DNA of 32,000 nt from Cylindrospermopsis raciborskii Cr2010 (GCF_003367075.2 NZ_CP065936.1:60001-92000); one strand, 5' to 3'; counted from the first letter of the stretch, positions 1-8,260 are shown. Notes: generated from the sequence alone by a model not told the origin. Numbers and translations: made by a program.

Positions 1-85
1 AAGCATCTACTACGATACCTTTGTCTAGGATTCTGTCGATTACTTCTGCCAAGCTAGAGGAAGAATTGGTCTTTTCAACTGCCAT
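1..85 (-). CDS. gvpA: Gas vesicle structural protein GvpA, first 28 codons only (gene continues past the left window edge)
   Basis: nt 1-85 match nt 300-384 of the complete copy at 169-384 except for two silent changes; ATG (CAT on + strand) at 83-85. Confidence 0.9.
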   Translation of the reverse strand, partial: MAVEKTNSSSSLAEVIDRILDKGIVVDA

Positions 86-126
86 TGTTTTGCACCTTTA
101 ATTAATTGTTGTTAGTTAGATTTTTC

Positions 127-152
127 TAGCAGAACATATTGTTGTTCTGCTA
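127..152 (-). other. Perfect 10-bp stem / 6-nt loop hairpin in the class-A gvpA spacer
   Basis: tagcagaaca-tattgt-tgttctgcta; lies 16 nt downstream of the stop of the preceding gvpA copy; no U-tract follows on the coding strand. Confidence 0.6.
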
Positions 153-168
153 AATCAAAGTCAGAAAA

Positions 169-384
169 TTAAGCAGGTACAGCTGCGGATTGGGTCAATC
201 CTACTGCTTCTGCATACTTCAAGTAGGTTTCTACGGAAGCAATAACGATACGAGCTTCAACTGCTAGTAGTTCGATACCTACTAAGGATACACGAACCCA
301 AGCATCTACTACGATACCTTTGTCTAAAATTCTGTCGATTACTTCTGCCAAGCTAGAGGAAGAATTGGTCTTTTCAACTGCCAT
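169..384 (-). CDS. gvpA: Gas vesicle structural protein GvpA (copy 2)
   Basis: 71-aa [74 protein letters not shown] is the highly conserved cyanobacterial GvpA sequence; AAGGTG 7 nt upstream of the ATG. Confidence 0.97.
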   Translation of the reverse strand: MAVEKTNSSSSLAEVIDRILDKGIVVDAWVRVSLVGIELLAVEARIVIASVETYLKYAEAVGLTQSAAVPA

Positions 385-425
385 TGTTTTGCACCTTTAA
401 TTAATTGTTGTTAGTTAGATTTTTC

Positions 426-451
426 TAGCAGAACATATTGTTGTTCTGCTA
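426..451 (-). other. Perfect 10-bp stem / 6-nt loop hairpin in the class-A gvpA spacer (second instance)
   Basis: Sequence identical to 127-152, same position relative to the gvpA stop at 468-470. Confidence 0.6.
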
Positions 452-467
452 AATCAAAGTCAGAAAA

Positions 468-683
468 TTAAGCAGGTACAGCTGCGGATTGGGTCAATCC
501 TACTGCTTCTGCATACTTCAAGTAGGTTTCTACGGAAGCAATAACGATACGAGCTTCAACTGCTAATAGTTCAATACCTACTAAGGATACACGAACCCAA
601 GCATCTACTACGATACCTTTGTCTAAAATTCTGTCAATTACTTCTGCCAAGCTAGAGGAAGAATTGGTCTTTTCAACTGCCAT
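468..683 (-). CDS. gvpA: Gas vesicle structural protein GvpA (copy 3)
   Basis: Translation identical to the other copies; same RBS context. Confidence 0.97.
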   Translation of the reverse strand: MAVEKTNSSSSLAEVIDRILDKGIVVDAWVRVSLVGIELLAVEARIVIASVETYLKYAEAVGLTQSAAVPA

Positions 684-790
684 TGTTTTGCACCTTTAAT
701 TAATTGTTGTTTTCTGGAAACACTGGGCAGAACAACCAGTTTTTTTCTAGCTTGCCCTGCCTTAGTAAATAAAATTACGAATCAAAAAAA

Positions 791-1006
791 TTAAGCAGGT
801 ACAGCTGCGGATTGGGTCAATCCTACTGCTTCTGCATACTTCAAGTAGGTTTCTACGGAAGCGATAACGATACGAGCTTCAACTGCTAATAGTTCAATAC
901 CTACTAAGGATACACGAACCCAAGCATCTACTACGATACCTTTGTCTAAAATTCTGTCAATTACTTCTGCCAAGCTGGAGGAAGAATTAGTTTTTTCAAC
1001 TGCCAT
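791..1006 (-). CDS. gvpA: Gas vesicle structural protein GvpA (copy 4)
   Basis: Translation identical to the other copies; same RBS context. Confidence 0.97.
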   Translation of the reverse strand: MAVEKTNSSSSLAEVIDRILDKGIVVDAWVRVSLVGIELLAVEARIVIASVETYLKYAEAVGLTQSAAVPA

Positions 1007-1113
1007 TGTTTTGCACCTTTAACTCATTGTTGTTTTCTGGAACCACTGGGCAGAACAACCAGTTTTTTTCTAGTTTGCCCTGCCTTAGTAAATAAAATTA
1101 CGAATCAAAAAAA

Positions 1114-1329
1114 TTAAGCAGGTACAGCTGCGGATTGGGTCAATCCTACTGCTTCTGCATACTTCAAGTAGGTTTCTACGGAAGCAATAACGATACGAGC
1201 TTCAACTGCTAATAGTTCAATACCTACTAAGGATACACGAACCCAAGCATCTACTACGATACCTTTGTCTAGGATTCTGTCGATTACTTCTGCCAAGCTG
1301 GAGGAAGAATTGGTTTTTTCAACTGCCAT
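1114..1329 (-). CDS. gvpA: Gas vesicle structural protein GvpA (copy 5, promoter-proximal)
   Basis: Translation identical to the other copies; followed upstream (higher coordinates) by a 795-bp non-coding region. Confidence 0.97.
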   Translation of the reverse strand: MAVEKTNSSSSLAEVIDRILDKGIVVDAWVRVSLVGIELLAVEARIVIASVETYLKYAEAVGLTQSAAVPA

Positions 1330-2124
1330 TGTTTTGCACCTTTAACTCATTGTTGTTTTTGTTGACTGAACCTAATTATAACAACCTAACTGACTAACAC
1401 GGAGAGGAATCGGGTGAAACAACTCATTTGAGTGCTTACCCCAAACCGGTTTTGACCTGGAAGATTGTTTTGGTGGTTCACATAAATATGAATACCACTA
1501 TTTGTTTTTGATGTAAAGCATTTCCAATTGAAAAACAAAAAACTTTACAATTGTTATGGGTGTCATTCTATACTCTTAATAGAAATTACTTATTGTTTGT
1601 ACTTGCATTTATTACATTGATAAAGAAAATGATTCAAATATGAGAAGGTAAAATTTTACTTTCTTAACTGTATACAAATCCATATTTATACTGAAAATAT
1701 TACAAGTAAAATACATTTCTATTGTAATGTAAACTATAAAAAAGCACGAATTATCTAGTTAAATACTTTGAGTATAATATTTTCATACATAGTAGTATTT
1801 GTCAGATTTGAATAGAAGAAATTAGAGTTTACGAATCCCAACCTTCACTGCAGTGATTACTTTCCTGAGAATTTGGTTCAATTTCCCAACAGCTCTAATA
1901 TAACTTGTTTAAAATTCTAGCTAGTAGAATGGTGTAAGGTCTCGAGTCATACTAATGAAATTTATTATGTAAAATTAGGCGCGGTTAATTTAATAAATGT
2001 TTACAAAAATTAACATTTATTTAAGGAATAGGCTGAATTTCCGGCAAGCGTGAATGAATGTGATCTGTAATTCTTAGTTAGCTAGGCACACCTTCGTGTT
2101 ACGATGGTTGACATATAATTTTCT

Positions 2125-2562
2125 GTGTCTCGAATTATGTTTAACAATCCAAACCCGCAAATAAGTGATAGAAAATGGCATAGGCAGCTAGATAAGTTTG
2201 TCAAAGAAAACCAGCAGGAGTTAGCAGCTTTATATTGGGGGTTGTGGTTAGAAAATGGCAGTAGTCAGGGGACTATTGGTATTGATTTACAACCTCAGCC
2301 TCATTTTGTCTATTGTCCTCAAGAAGCAGTAGAAAAATTAAATGAGCGGGTGGAAAAACGACTCCAAGAACTTTTGGGAATCATAGATAATAATAACCCA
2401 GAAACCGAGGTTTTGATGATTGGGATTGGCCAAGGAGAAATTAAGTTGATTCAGTTCGCTCCTGAATCGTCACCCCGCACATGCTTTGAACGGGTGAACC
2501 AAGATGTGGATACTTTACTAGACTTGTTGGAGCAGAAAATGATTGAGCAAATAGTGGTTTAA
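2125..2562 (+). CDS. Hypothetical small soluble protein (about 141-145 aa)
   Basis: Long uninterrupted ORF with no overlapping competitor; GTG at 2125 or ATG at 2137 (MFNNPNPQ...). I recognise no motif. Confidence 0.6.
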   Translation: MSRIMFNNPNPQISDRKWHRQLDKFVKENQQELAALYWGLWLENGSSQGTIGIDLQPQPHFVYCPQEAVEKLNERVEKRLQELLGIIDNNNPETEVLMIGIGQGEIKLIQFAPESSPRTCFERVNQDVDTLLDLLEQKMIEQIVV

Positions 2563-2633
2563 TTACCTAACTCTCCTGTTTGTCAAAACATTTATGTATA
2601 AAACAAGATAATATATTTAACACGGAGAATATA

Positions 2634-3224
2634 ATGCCTAGAAAACGTCTCACTGATCTACTACAAGAGGAAGTTCAAAAGTTCACTCCCGATGAATCTG
2701 TGGTTGAAACCACAGCAAAAAAGATTCCAGATCTGGAACTCCCTGAAGATGGATCTAACTCTGTCACCATAGTCTCAAGTAATTCCACCAGTGATAATTC
2801 TAACGGTCTGCACTGGGGAGTTACAGTACAAGAACTTCAGGAGTCCCTGAACAGATACCATGTCCGAGAAACTGCTATGCAGCAGGAAATATGTGAATTG
2901 AAGAACGCCTTATCAGAACAAAGGTCTCTCTCGGAGAAATTAGGTAAGGAACTCTACGAGACGAAAAAAACCGCTCTAAAATTAGCTGAATCCAATTCTA
3001 CTCTAATAGAGGAAAACAATCAACTCAAACAGCAAACAGCTCAACAAGTCATACCCAATTCTACGGGGGAATCTGTCCAATCCACACAACCAACAAAAGA
3101 GGTTGCCAAGTCCTTAGTTATCAACCCCAGAAAATCTTACAGTCCTCCGGAAATATTTATAGACAAGTCTAAAGCAGATACAAAAAAGGACGACTTTTCT
3201 AATAACACTTGGTTGTATGATTAA
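2634..3224 (+). CDS. Coiled-coil, Gln-rich protein with charged disordered N-terminus and Trp 4 residues from the C-terminus (McdB-like features, unverified)
   Basis: ATG at 2634 preceded by GGAG 7 nt upstream (the TTG-extended start at 2580 is unlikely); heptad-like central region ...ICELKNALSEQRSLSEKLGKELYETKKTALKLAESNSTLIEENNQLKQQTAQQ...; ends ...NNTWLYD. Confidence 0.65.
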   Translation: MPRKRLTDLLQEEVQKFTPDESVVETTAKKIPDLELPEDGSNSVTIVSSNSTSDNSNGLHWGVTVQELQESLNRYHVRETAMQQEICELKNALSEQRSLSEKLGKELYETKKTALKLAESNSTLIEENNQLKQQTAQQVIPNSTGESVQSTQPTKEVAKSLVINPRKSYSPPEIFIDKSKADTKKDDFSNNTWLYD

Positions 3225-3238
3225 AGTTTAAGGTAACC

Positions 3239-3472
3239 CTAGGTTTTGCTTTTGCGTTCCCATTTCCATAATAAGGCCATTATAGCAACAATTCCTACTT
3301 GCAGGGCAAAATTAGGTAGAGCTTGGTTCCTACCGGCCAATATTTGAAAGAAAAACACAAAGGCACCTATAAGACCAGAAGCACCCATACCAATATAAAT
3401 AAATTGTCTTAGTCCTTTATAGGGCGAACCTATTTCAGCTTTTAAGCGATTTTTAATATTTGGGTCTAGCAT
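3239..3472 (-). CDS. Small two-TM membrane protein (DUF3493-like, tentative)
   Basis: 77-aa ORF with two hydrophobic helices (GLIGAFVFFFQILAG; LQVGIVAIMALLW) and a basic C-terminus. Confidence 0.55.
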   Translation of the reverse strand: MLDPNIKNRLKAEIGSPYKGLRQFIYIGMGASGLIGAFVFFFQILAGRNQALPNFALQVGIVAIMALLWKWERKSKT

Positions 3473-3509
3473 TTTTTCCGAGATTGTGTTATGGTTATAT
3501 ATTGTTTGT

Positions 3510-3581
3510 GCCGATGTAGCACAGTGGTAGTGCAGCTGATTCGTAATCAGCAGGTCGTGGGTTCAAATCCCATCATCGGCT
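3510..3581 (+). tRNA. tRNA-Thr (anticodon CGU)
   Basis: Hand-folded cloverleaf: acceptor GCCGATG/CATCGGC; D stem GCAC/GTGC; anticodon stem GCTGA/TCAGC with loop TTCGTAA (CGT at 3542-3544); T arm GTGGG-TTCAAAT-CCCAT; discriminator T; CCA not encoded. The 3' end abuts the stop codon (3582-3584) of the convergent pgeF-like gene. Confidence 0.93.
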
Positions 3582-4376
3582 TTAATTTCCATCTAGTTCC
3601 ACACTGACAATTCCCGACCACTGAACTTTTTTCTCCCTTTGTCTTCGGTAAGAAAAAAAGTGTTCAGGGCATTGATACGTGCAATAAGGAGCAACAGCAA
3701 TTTGAGTTGAATTAATTCCTAACTCTTCCAATTGTAAAACATTAATCCGACGGACATCTAAACGAATCTTGCCTGGTTCTGCATCGGGTAAAAGGGGAGA
3801 ATCTGATAAACTCTGTAAAGTAGCAACTATTCTCTCCGGTTCATGGTCGGGTAAAATCGAACTTCCGATTTGAATTGCCACTTCCAGAGAAACCTGGTAA
3901 ACCTCTCCAGCAATCGCAGGACCCATAGCAATGCGTAAGTCCTCCAATCTACTACCATGAGATAGCATTTTTTCAATTGCTTGAGGAACAATTCTAGCTG
4001 CTGTACCTCGCCAACCCGCATGTAGGGCTGCCACTTTTCCTGTTTTTGCATCAGCGATTAAAACGGGCGTGCAGTCAGCAGAAGCAACCCAAACAGCTTG
4101 TTGCGCTTCCTGGGTAATTAAACCATCTGCTAACGCCAGTTCATCACCAAATTCAGTTAAATACTGATTTACCTCCTGGGGTGTCAACACTATATTACCA
4201 TGAACTTGTTTTAAACGATAAGTGCTGGCCTGTGGTTGTAATACCCTAGTCAATTCATGAGGTGGGAGAGGCCAAAACTGCTGGGTAAAAAACCCATGGG
4301 ACCAGGGTGTCAAAATACTACAAGTAAGATATGGTAGACTTTGCCATTCTTGCCATTGCCAAGTGTGCATCTGCAA
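3582..4376 (-). CDS. pgeF: Purine nucleoside phosphorylase/laccase-domain protein of the YfiH/PgeF (DUF152) family
   Basis: Family motifs ...ASADCTPVLIAD... and ...AALHAGWRGTA...; the start at 4376 is TTG, alternative ATG at 4370. Confidence 0.8.
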   Translation of the reverse strand: MQMHTWQWQEWQSLPYLTCSILTPWSHGFFTQQFWPLPPHELTRVLQPQASTYRLKQVHGNIVLTPQEVNQYLTEFGDELALADGLITQEAQQAVWVASADCTPVLIADAKTGKVAALHAGWRGTAARIVPQAIEKMLSHGSRLEDLRIAMGPAIAGEVYQVSLEVAIQIGSSILPDHEPERIVATLQSLSDSPLLPDAEPGKIRLDVRRINVLQLEELGINSTQIAVAPYCTYQCPEHFFSYRRQREKKVQWSGIVSVELDGN

Positions 4377-4617
4377 AATAAAAAATAAATTAATAAAAAA
4401 ACGACAAAACCAACAATCTAATTAATTAAGGTAACACTATTATACATCATAATTTTTTGGTTTTGGTTACATTAACATCGGAAGGAAATTTGATATTAAG
4501 GTTAACATAATCTAATCAAAATCTAATTAAAATCTATAAGTTTCCGCTTCTCTGTGTATTTTTACCTTAAAACGACTGCAAACTAACAACCTTCCCCATC
4601 ACGACACAATATACCCA

Positions 4618-5580
4618 ATGACTAATGTACTTTGGCTACAAGGTGGTGCTTGTTCTGGTGACACCATGTCCTTTTTAAATGCGGAGGATCCCACCGCTTG
4701 TGACCTGATAGCTGACTTTGGAATTAAGATTCTCTGGCATCCCTCCCTGGGTTTAGAAATGGGCACCAACCTACAAACCCTATTGTGGGAATGTATTTTG
4801 GGTAAAACTCCCCTGGATATCCTGGTGTTTGAAGGTACTGTCGTCAACGCTCCCAATGGTACTGGGGAGTGGAATCGCTTTGCTGACCGTCCCATGAAAC
4901 AATGGTTAGAAGATTTGGCCAAAGCTGCTAATTTTGTAGTTGCTATTGGAGACTGTGCTACTTGGGGGGGTATTCCCGCTATGTCACCTAACCCCAGTGA
5001 ATCTCAAGGTTTACAGTTCCTCAAACGGAAAAAGGGCGGGTTTTTAGGTGAAGATTTTATTAGTAAGGGCGGGTTACCAGTAATTAATATCCCCGGATGT
5101 CCCGCTCACCCCGATTGGATATCGCAAATATTAGTGGCAATTGCTACTGGACGTATAAGTGATATTGCTTTAGATGAACTACATCGTCCCCAAACTTTCT
5201 TTAATACCTTTGCTGAAACCGGTTGTACCCGCAATATTCACTTTGCTTATAGGGCAACAACTACAGAATTTGGCGATCGCAAAGGTTGTTTGTTTTATGA
5301 CTTAGGTTGTCGTGGACCCATGACCCATTCCTCCTGTAATCGGATTTTGTGGAATGGAGTATCATCAAAAACCCGTGCTGGTATGCCCTGTATTGGTTGT
5401 ACAGAACCGGAATTTCCTTTTCATGATCTAAAACCGGGAACAGTATTTAAGACCCAAACCATTATGGGTGTTCCCAAGGAAATACCCCCAGGAGTTAATC
5501 CTAAAGATTATGCGGTATTCACGGTTGTAGCCAAGGATACTGCACCAAAATGGACTGATGAGGATTTCTTTTTGGTTTAG
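4618..5580 (+). CDS. hupS: [NiFe] uptake hydrogenase small subunit HupS
   Basis: 320 aa, begins directly with the conserved LWLQGGACSGDT motif (no Tat signal peptide, as in cyanobacterial HupS); multiple FeS Cys motifs (GCPAHPDW, CIGCTEPEFP); immediately upstream of hupL. Confidence 0.95.
   Translation: MTNVLWLQGGACSGDTMSFLNAEDPTACDLIADFGIKILWHPSLGLEMGTNLQTLLWECILGKTPLDILVFEGTVVNAPNGTGEWNRFADRPMKQWLEDLAKAANFVVAIGDCATWGGIPAMSPNPSESQGLQFLKRKKGGFLGEDFISKGGLPVINIPGCPAHPDWISQILVAIATGRISDIALDELHRPQTFFNTFAETGCTRNIHFAYRATTTEFGDRKGCLFYDLGCRGPMTHSSCNRILWNGVSSKTRAGMPCIGCTEPEFPFHDLKPGTVFKTQTIMGVPKEIPPGVNPKDYAVFTVVAKDTAPKWTDEDFFLV
5273..5280. repeat. HIP1 (highly iterated palindrome GCGATCGC)
   Basis: Exact octamer, inside hupS. 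Confidence 0.9.
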
Positions 5581-5623
5581 ATCTAAACAATTACTGTCAA
5601 CCCATTGCTAATGCTGTAAAAAT

Positions 5624-7219
5624 ATGCCAATTCAAACATTAGATATTGCACCCGTTGGTAGAGTTGAGGGTGATTTAGATGTCCGAGTGGAAATAGAAGA
5701 TGGATACGTGACAAACGCTTGGACTCATGCAGAACTTTTTCGCGGTTTTGAAATCATTTTACGCGATAAGGATCCTCAAGCTGGACTAATTGTTACTCCC
5801 AGAATTTGTGGTATTTGCGGTGGTTCTCATTTAAGTTCTGCATCTTGGGCCTTAGATACTGCTTGGCAAACAGAGGTTCCTAGAAATGCAATTTTGGCTA
5901 GAAATTTAGGTCAAATTGTGGAGACGATTCAAAGTATCCCTCGTTATTTTTACGGATTATTTGCTATTGATTTAACTCACCAGAATTATCGCAGTAGTCA
6001 TTTTTATGATGAAGCTTGTCGTCGCTTTGCTGCTTTTACAGGCAAATCATACGAACTTGGTGTCACTATTTCTGCTAAACCGGTGGAAATCTACGCTTTA
6101 TTAGGAGGGCAATGGCCTCACAGCAGTTATATGGTGCCCGGTGGTGTGATGTGCGCCCCCTCTCTCAGTGATATTACCCGCGCTTGGGGAATGTTGGAAT
6201 ATTTTCGCACTAATTGGTTAGAACCGGTGTGGTTGGGTTGTTCATTGGAAAGATATGAGGAAATTCAATCATATCAGGATTTTCAAACTTGGTTGGAGGA
6301 GGATATTAAACACAGAGAATCTGATCTGGGTTTGTATTGGCGTATGGGTTTAGAGATTGGACTGGATAAGTATGGTGTGGGTGTGGAAAAATTTGTTACC
6401 TGGGGATATTTACCTCATGAGGATAAATATAATAAACCTACTATTGATGGGCGCAATGCAGCAGTGATTATGAAGGGTGGTGTTTATGATGGTCACAAAG
6501 ATCAACATTCTATTATGAATCAGGCTTTTACTCGCGAAAATTTAACCCATTCTTGGTATGATGAAGGTACTCAGGATTGGCATCCAAGCGATCGCAAGAC
6601 TTCCCCAACTATTAACAACCAAAAGGATTTTGTCGGTGCTTATTCTTGGTCTAGTGCAGTCCTTCATCAAGATTTAGGTAGATTGGAAGCAGGTCCTTTG
6701 GCACGTCAATTAGTTGCAGGTGGGAATGGTGGAGAAACTTGGCAACATTATGACCCATTTATTTTGGATGTTTTTAAAAAAATGGGTGGTGCAAGTGTTC
6801 ATCTCAGACAATTGGCTAGGGTTCATGAGCTGGTTAAGTTATATCGTCAAGCAGAACGTTGTTTGAGAGAGTTTAAATTAAACGAACCTTGGTATATTAA
6901 ACCCCAAGAAAAAGATGGTAAAGGTTGGGGAGCGACGGAAGCAGCTAGAGGTGCTTTATGTCACTGGATAGAAATTGCTGAGGGTAAGATTAAGAGCTAC
7001 CAGGTTATTGCTCCCGGAACTTGGAATATTGGACCTCGTGATGGTAATGGTCATCTTGGACCTGTGGAGCAGGCGTTAATTGGTACTCCCATTACTGATC
7101 CTACGGATCCGGTGGAAGTAGGACATGTTGCTCGTTCTTTTGATTCTTGTTTGGTCTGCACGGTTCATGCTCATGATGCTAAAACCGGTCAGGAGTTGGC
7201 TCGCTTTCGCACTGCTTAA
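5624..7219 (+). CDS. hupL: [NiFe] uptake hydrogenase large subunit HupL (uninterrupted)
   Basis: 531 aa; N-terminal Ni-binding motif RICGICGGSH; C-terminal DSCLVCTVH (7142-7168) followed by a 16-aa tail AHDAKTGQELARFRTA of the kind removed by the maturation protease. Confidence 0.96.
   Translation: MPIQTLDIAPVGRVEGDLDVRVEIEDGYVTNAWTHAELFRGFEIILRDKDPQAGLIVTPRICGICGGSHLSSASWALDTAWQTEVPRNAILARNLGQIVETIQSIPRYFYGLFAIDLTHQNYRSSHFYDEACRRFAAFTGKSYELGVTISAKPVEIYALLGGQWPHSSYMVPGGVMCAPSLSDITRAWGMLEYFRTNWLEPVWLGCSLERYEEIQSYQDFQTWLEEDIKHRESDLGLYWRMGLEIGLDKYGVGVEKFVTWGYLPHEDKYNKPTIDGRNAAVIMKGGVYDGHKDQHSIMNQAFTRENLTHSWYDEGTQDWHPSDRKTSPTINNQKDFVGAYSWSSAVLHQDLGRLEAGPLARQLVAGGNGGETWQHYDPFILDVFKKMGGASVHLRQLARVHELVKLYRQAERCLREFKLNEPWYIKPQEKDGKGWGATEAARGALCHWIEIAEGKIKSYQVIAPGTWNIGPRDGNGHLGPVEQALIGTPITDPTDPVEVGHVARSFDSCLVCTVHAHDAKTGQELARFRTA
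6588..6595. repeat. HIP1 (GCGATCGC)
   Basis: Exact octamer, inside hupL. Confidence 0.9.
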
Positions 7220-7224
7220 AGGGG

Positions 7225-8190
7225 TTAGGGGTCATTATCCCTTTTTTGGGTGAGTTTTTGCTCTATTCCTAAATTTCCCTGTAACCCACCAGTATGTATT
7301 AGTAATATTTTACTCGGTGGGAAAAATCCTTGTTTTAACAAGTTTATAACTCCATAAAACATTTTACCAGTGTATATATAATCTAGTGGTATATGATGTT
7401 GTTGATGGAATTGGTGACAGAATTGAATTAGTTGTTGATCTATTTTTCCGTATCCGCCAAAATGGTAATCATAGATTAATTGCCAAGACGTAGGATGATT
7501 TACCAAAGTGGGTAGCTTAGAGTTTAGGTAGTCGCTGATTAGTCTGTCTATTTCCCTCTCTAAAAATCTGGCATCTTTCAATACGGGAAAGCCCATAATT
7601 CTTGTTGGTAAGTTGGTTCTACCCCCGGGTGATAGAGCAATACCTGTGAGGGTGGTAGCTGTACCACAAGCTAGGCAAATTATATCAAAAAATTGTAGAT
7701 CTTGCATGATTTCCATACACCCGCGCACGCCATTTAAATTACCACCACCTTCAGGAATAATAAAGGTTTCATTTGAGGATCTTGGTAACTGTTTTTTGAA
7801 CTCTTCCTGAACTTCTTGTGTATGACGTTGTCGGTAAGTTTGGCGATCGCAATATAATAATTTCATACCTTGTTCCTGGGCGAAGCGCAGGGTAGGGTTA
7901 AGAGGTAGGGTTGGTTCTCCCCGGATAACACCAATAGTTTCAAAGCCAAAAATCCTACCCGCAGCTGCAGTAGCAAAAATATGATTGGAATATGCACCAC
8001 CAAAGGTTAGCAAGCTGGTACACTGGTTATGTTTCGCTTCCAAGAGATTGTATTTCAACTTAAACCATTTGTTACCATTTATCTGTAAATGTATTAAATC
8101 TAAGCGTAAAACATATAACTCAATACTTAAATGGTCAGCTAGGGGATTGTGAATTTTTTGGATGGGAGGAGATAAAAATATTGACGACAT
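7225..8190 (-). CDS. PLP-dependent enzyme of the 1-aminocyclopropane-1-carboxylate deaminase / D-cysteine desulfhydrase family
   Basis: 321 aa; NGNKWFKLKYNL (GNKxRKL-type Lys motif), FGGAYSNH, C-terminal HTGG motif typical of this Trp-synthase-beta-like family. Confidence 0.7.
   Translation of the reverse strand: MSSIFLSPPIQKIHNPLADHLSIELYVLRLDLIHLQINGNKWFKLKYNLLEAKHNQCTSLLTFGGAYSNHIFATAAAGRIFGFETIGVIRGEPTLPLNPTLRFAQEQGMKLLYCDRQTYRQRHTQEVQEEFKKQLPRSSNETFIIPEGGGNLNGVRGCMEIMQDLQFFDIICLACGTATTLTGIALSPGGRTNLPTRIMGFPVLKDARFLEREIDRLISDYLNSKLPTLVNHPTSWQLIYDYHFGGYGKIDQQLIQFCHQFHQQHHIPLDYIYTGKMFYGVINLLKQGFFPPSKILLIHTGGLQGNLGIEQKLTQKRDNDP
7843..7850. repeat. HIP1 (GCGATCGC)
   Basis: Exact octamer, inside the ACC-deaminase-family gene. 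Confidence 0.9.
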
Positions 8191-8260
8191 TTGTATCAGC
8201 AGTTAATCTGGGAATATAAAATAACCGCTCAAGAAAAATATTAGCAAATCCCAATTATTT

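Larger units (their letters stand above)
1..1329. repeat. Tandem gene-plus-spacer repeat array (two 299-bp units then two 323-bp units)
   Basis: Copy starts are offset by 299 bp (1->300, 169->468) and 323 bp (468->791, 791->1114); spacers of 83 bp (86-168, 385-467) and 107 bp (684-790, 1007-1113). Confidence 0.95.

Noticed and set aside
1-1329. Regular ~300-bp periodic repeat array that might superficially suggest a CRISPR or satellite array
   Set aside because: Each repeat unit is a complete gvpA gene plus spacer. The period is far too long for CRISPR, and the supposed spacers are themselves repeated.
2109-2119. TTGACA immediately followed by TATAAT upstream of the ORF at 2125
   Set aside because: The two hexamers are adjacent or overlapping rather than 17 bp apart, so they cannot act together as a -35/-10 pair. 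TATAAT (2114-2119) alone would put the TSS at or inside the GTG start, which is unverifiable here.
2580-2633. TTG-initiated 18-codon N-terminal extension of the coiled-coil protein suggested by the ORF track
   Set aside because: The internal ATG at 2634 has a GGAG Shine-Dalgarno at proper spacing, and the extension (SKHLCIKQDNIFNTENI) looks like translated AT-rich leader.
4431-4445. NtcA-like site GTA-N9-TAC in the hupS upstream region
   Set aside because: The canonical NtcA box is GTA-N8-TAC. This candidate has a 9-nt spacer in very AT-rich DNA, so it is probably fortuitous. It is worth re-examining only if TSS data place it at about -41.5.
5624-7219. Possible developmental excision element inside hupL, as in Anabaena PCC 7120
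   Set aside because: The reading frame is continuous across the full 531 codons with both Ni-binding motifs, and there is no insertion or xisC-like recombinase in the window.
7218-7247. Terminator-like element after hupL (aggg-N8-ccct followed by a T-run)
   Set aside because: The stem is only 4-6 bp and it overlaps the 3' end of the convergent gene. That is too weak to call without energy calculation or Term-seq.
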